Below, in pieces: positions 60,319-64,000 of a stretch of 64,000 bases of DNA. The stretch's first letter is position 1, and every line of letters starts with the position of its first letter. This DNA is from the human T2T-CHM13v2.0 reference genome, Homo sapiens. The notes below the pieces were generated by a model. It had not been told where the DNA came from and did not search any database. It saw only the letters and a list, made by a program, of their open reading frames with translations. The stretch lies in the NCBI RefSeq assembly GCF_009914755.1, contig NC_060928.1, one strand, 5' to 3'. Made by a program: the position numbers and the translations under genes.

Positions 60319-63199
60319 AAAGACAAAAAAATAGACAAGTTGTACCTAATTAAATGAAAGATCTTTTACATAGCAAGAGAAACTATCAACAGTGTAAACA
60401 GACACCCTACAGAATGGAAGAAAATATTTGCAAACTATGTATCTGACAAAGGTCTAACATCCAGAAACTATTAGAAACTCAAACAAATTAACCAGCAAAA
60501 ACCGAACACCCTCATTAAAAACTGAGCAAAACTGTGAACTAACACTTCTCAAAAGATGACATACATGTGGCCAACAAACCTATGAAAAAATGTTCAAAAT
60601 CTTTGATCATTATAGAAAGGCAAATAAGAACCACAATTAGATACCATCTCACACCAGGCAGAATGACAAACATTTCATGATGAAGATGCCAAAAGCAATT
60701 GCTACAAAAACAAAACTTGACAAATGGTATCTAATTAAACTTAAGAGCTTCTCCACAACAAAAGAAACTATCAACAGAGTGAACGAACAGACAATGTACA
60801 GAATGGGAGAATATATTTGCAAACTATGCATCTGACAAAGATCTAGCATCTATAAGGAACTTAAACCAATGTACAAGCAAAAAACAAACAACCCCATTAA
60901 AACATGGGCAAAAGACATTAACAAACACCTTTTAAAAGAAGAAATACACATGACATATCAAAATCACAATGAAATACTATCTCACTCCAGTCAGAATGGC
61001 TATTTTAAAAAGTCAAAAAAAATAACAGATGTTGGTGAGGTTGTGGAGAAAAGGGAATGCTTATACACCGCTAGTGGGAATGTAAATTAGTTCAGCCACT
61101 ATGGAAAGCAGTTTAGAGATTGCTCAAACTTAAAACAGGATTACCATTGGGCCCAGAAATCCCATTATTGGCTCTATACCCAGAGAAATATAAATTGTTC
61201 TACCTTAAAGACTCTTGTAAACATGTGCTTATTACAGCACTCTTCACAATAACAAAGACTTGGAATCAACTTAAATGCTCGTCAGTGGTGGAGTAGGAAA
61301 AAAAAAAAAAACTAGTATGTATACACCATGGAATAATAATCTGCCATAGAAAAGATGAAATCAAGTCCTTTGAGGCAACGTGAATGCAGCTAGAGGCCAC
61401 TATGCTAAGTGAATTAATGCGGGTACAGAAAGCCAAATATTGCATGTTCTCACTTTTAAATGGGAGCTGAACACTGAGCAGGCATGGAAACAAGAGAACA
61501 ACAGACACTGGGCCCTACTTGAGGTGGGGTGTGAAAGGAAGGTGAAGATTAAAAATCTCTCTATTGGATATTATGCTTATGACCTGCATGATGAAATCTG
61601 TACACTAATCCTCCATGACACACCATTTACACATGTAAGAAACCTGTACATTTACCCCCTGAATCTAAAACTTGTAAGAAAAAATGTAAAATTAAATTTA
61701 AAATTATGTGATATATATTTCCATATGGGGTTGAAAATCTTTGTAAAAATCTTTAATGGATATCTAAAATGCCATTCTGTAACTGTACCATGATTTAACA
61801 CTTTTATATTGTTAATTATACTTTCTAGTATTCTGCTATGATAATATAATAAACATCTCTGTACATAAAAAGTATAAAAATAAAAATAAAAAAGGATGGA
61901 ATGAATTACTTGAATAGAGACAAAAGGCAAAGATGAGTCTCTAGGTGATGTGAAGATAAATGAAATATTCACAGAATTCTGAGCACTTTCCTTTGAATAG
62001 ATCATATTAAAGCAATGAAAATCGGTAAATTGTTAGACTCTCAGGTGGACAGTATGTCTAATACACTCATTTTGAATAATTCATTACCTGTGTATTTGCT
62101 TAAAATAGTGACTAGAATTGGTTATTGGTTGTATATAAGTTTACAGAATGGTGCATAAAAAGTCAGTGAGGCAATATCTCATTTTTCTTAATTGTATCTT
62201 TGTTATTTATATTATTCCTAATAATTGTTAATTTATGAAAAATTTAAAAAATATGTATCTGAAAATATTCAATCTACACATTTTATATTATACTCTATTG
62301 TACATCCTAAAGAAGAAATTATAGATACTTAAAACAAATATCCAGCACAATCCTGGATATATTATTGTTTACAGTAAAAAAGAAGGGTAGTGTTTAAGCA
62401 CAACAGATTTTGGTGTTTTGTTAATTGTTTAATGTTATACCTCTTGGTAAAGTAACAGTGAAATCCTAAGAACTATTTACAATTTCTATATAAATGTACT
62501 ATCATAAGCTTAGCCATACCCCTATTTAAACTTTGACTCTAGAGCCACCAATGTCTAACCGTAAATGTTCCTATCTCTCTAGTTCCAAGTAACAGTGACA
62601 TATTTCCTAAAGTAGTATTAAAATATTGACCTTAAATGAAGCTCATTTAGTTATTGATTGATTAATTTTTATAGTAGTTTGATCAACTTTAAGACTATCA
62701 CTTAAAAAAATCCACAATCCTTTTATTCAGTTTTTGTTGTCATGCTTATATGAGGTATTATATGTCTGTGAATGTTGGTATAGTAATTGAGTTTTCCACC
62801 TTTTTTTTCTGAAAACAATGCATCCATTTAAAGAGAATTCACTTGGCCTATGGAGCTAATGACTTTGAAAAGCATTGAAAAACAAAACTATTGACCAGAA
62901 AACTTTTTTTTCTGGATATGTTTTATGTGATAGAATTTACCTGATAAAATGAATGATCTTACAAACTACAAATCTGGAATCATTTCTACTTATTCACTAT
63001 AGGGTTCTCTATGCTGTGTGTACACCACTATTTTTTAAAAAAATCTGTATAGGTCCTATTTACTTTGTTTCTCATAGGATTATTATTCTTTGCAAAAAAC
63101 ATTCTGTGAAAATTAGCAAAATGCTGTTAGCAATGAATTATCTAAAATAAGGAACAGTTGCAGAGAAAAAGACATTCACATACAGTCCTATTTTTATTG

Positions 63200-63385
63200 C
63201 CATTTTTGTATAAAAATGGACATGCATTATGAATTCTTGATCCAGGTAAAACAGAGTAGGTATTATTTTTTCATATTTTGTTGGTAAGAAAACTGACTTC
63301 TTTATTTAAAGAGATATGGGTAGTATCATAAAGCTAGCAAATGAAAGATTGAGTTTAAATCAAAGCTTATGATTTTAGGTATTTT
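63200..63385 (-). mobile_element. MIR fragment
   Basis: agtaggtattattt...ttttgttggtaagaaaactga...aagctagcaaatga. Confidence 0.45.
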
Positions 63386-64000
63386 TGCAATAAGATATAC
63401 ATTGTTACTATGTAGGGCTTTTTTTTTTACAATACTAATACATGTTCCTTGATATATACCTTTCAATAGTGCCAGGGAGGTTAAAAAACAATTTGCTTCT
63501 TTTTGAAGAATATCTAAATAAAATAGATTGCTTTACTGTACTATTCATTTCTTCTTGCTTTTAAAAATGAATAGCAGCATTCCATGAGCTGAAAAAAGAT
63601 CACTTGTATAAAAATGTTCAAAAAATTTCTAGAATAAAACTATTATAATGAATATTTATCCTAGAAATACATGTTGTAGGTATATAAATTCATATATTTA
63701 CTGTCTTGATTTCCTATTATATTGTTATAACTTTCTACTGCTGATATTTATTTGATTAATACTTCTTTTATCTTTAACTTTTTCAAACAACATACAGAAA
63801 TGATTAGGGCTTGAATTTTCCTGTTTCCCTCTTTAGTAAGACAAGACTGCTTTCAAAATGAATGTTAAGCAAATCTGTGCTGAGTAGCATTATCTTTTCC
63901 TTGGGTGCTACCAAAAGTAAGAATCATTTTTCAACACTTTAAAAATGTTTAAAAACTAATTTTACTTTTATTCACTTTGGAATACTCATAGCTAACATTT

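Overview
This is AT-rich primate genomic DNA (AluY, AluS and AluJ elements and L1PA elements are present, so simian and human-like). I found no recognisable host protein-coding gene or RNA gene. Most of what can be identified is transposable element: L1, L2, MIR, Alu/FLAM, MaLR/ERV solo LTRs, and the DNA transposons MER1A, MER3, MER5A, MER6A and Tigger2. The ORF-track entries are L1 or Tigger2 fragments, Alu read-throughs or chance ORFs. The main structure is an L1 nest at 47.6-61.7 kb. An old L1PA15/16-like element contains a twin-primed L1PA8-like element, which in turn contains a near full-length L1PA4-6-like element. The 5'UTR of that innermost L1 lacks about 200 nt, apparently exactly from the known nt-97 splice donor to an AG near consensus nt 300, so it looks like a spliced, retrotransposed L1 (SpIRE-like). 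Other observations are a perfect DR5 nuclear-receptor motif created by an 11-bp tandem repeat, a second three-level nest with a 5'-inverted L1, and several templated-insertion scars. Subfamily names come from remembered consensus sequences, not from a search, and boundaries of old repeats are approximate.
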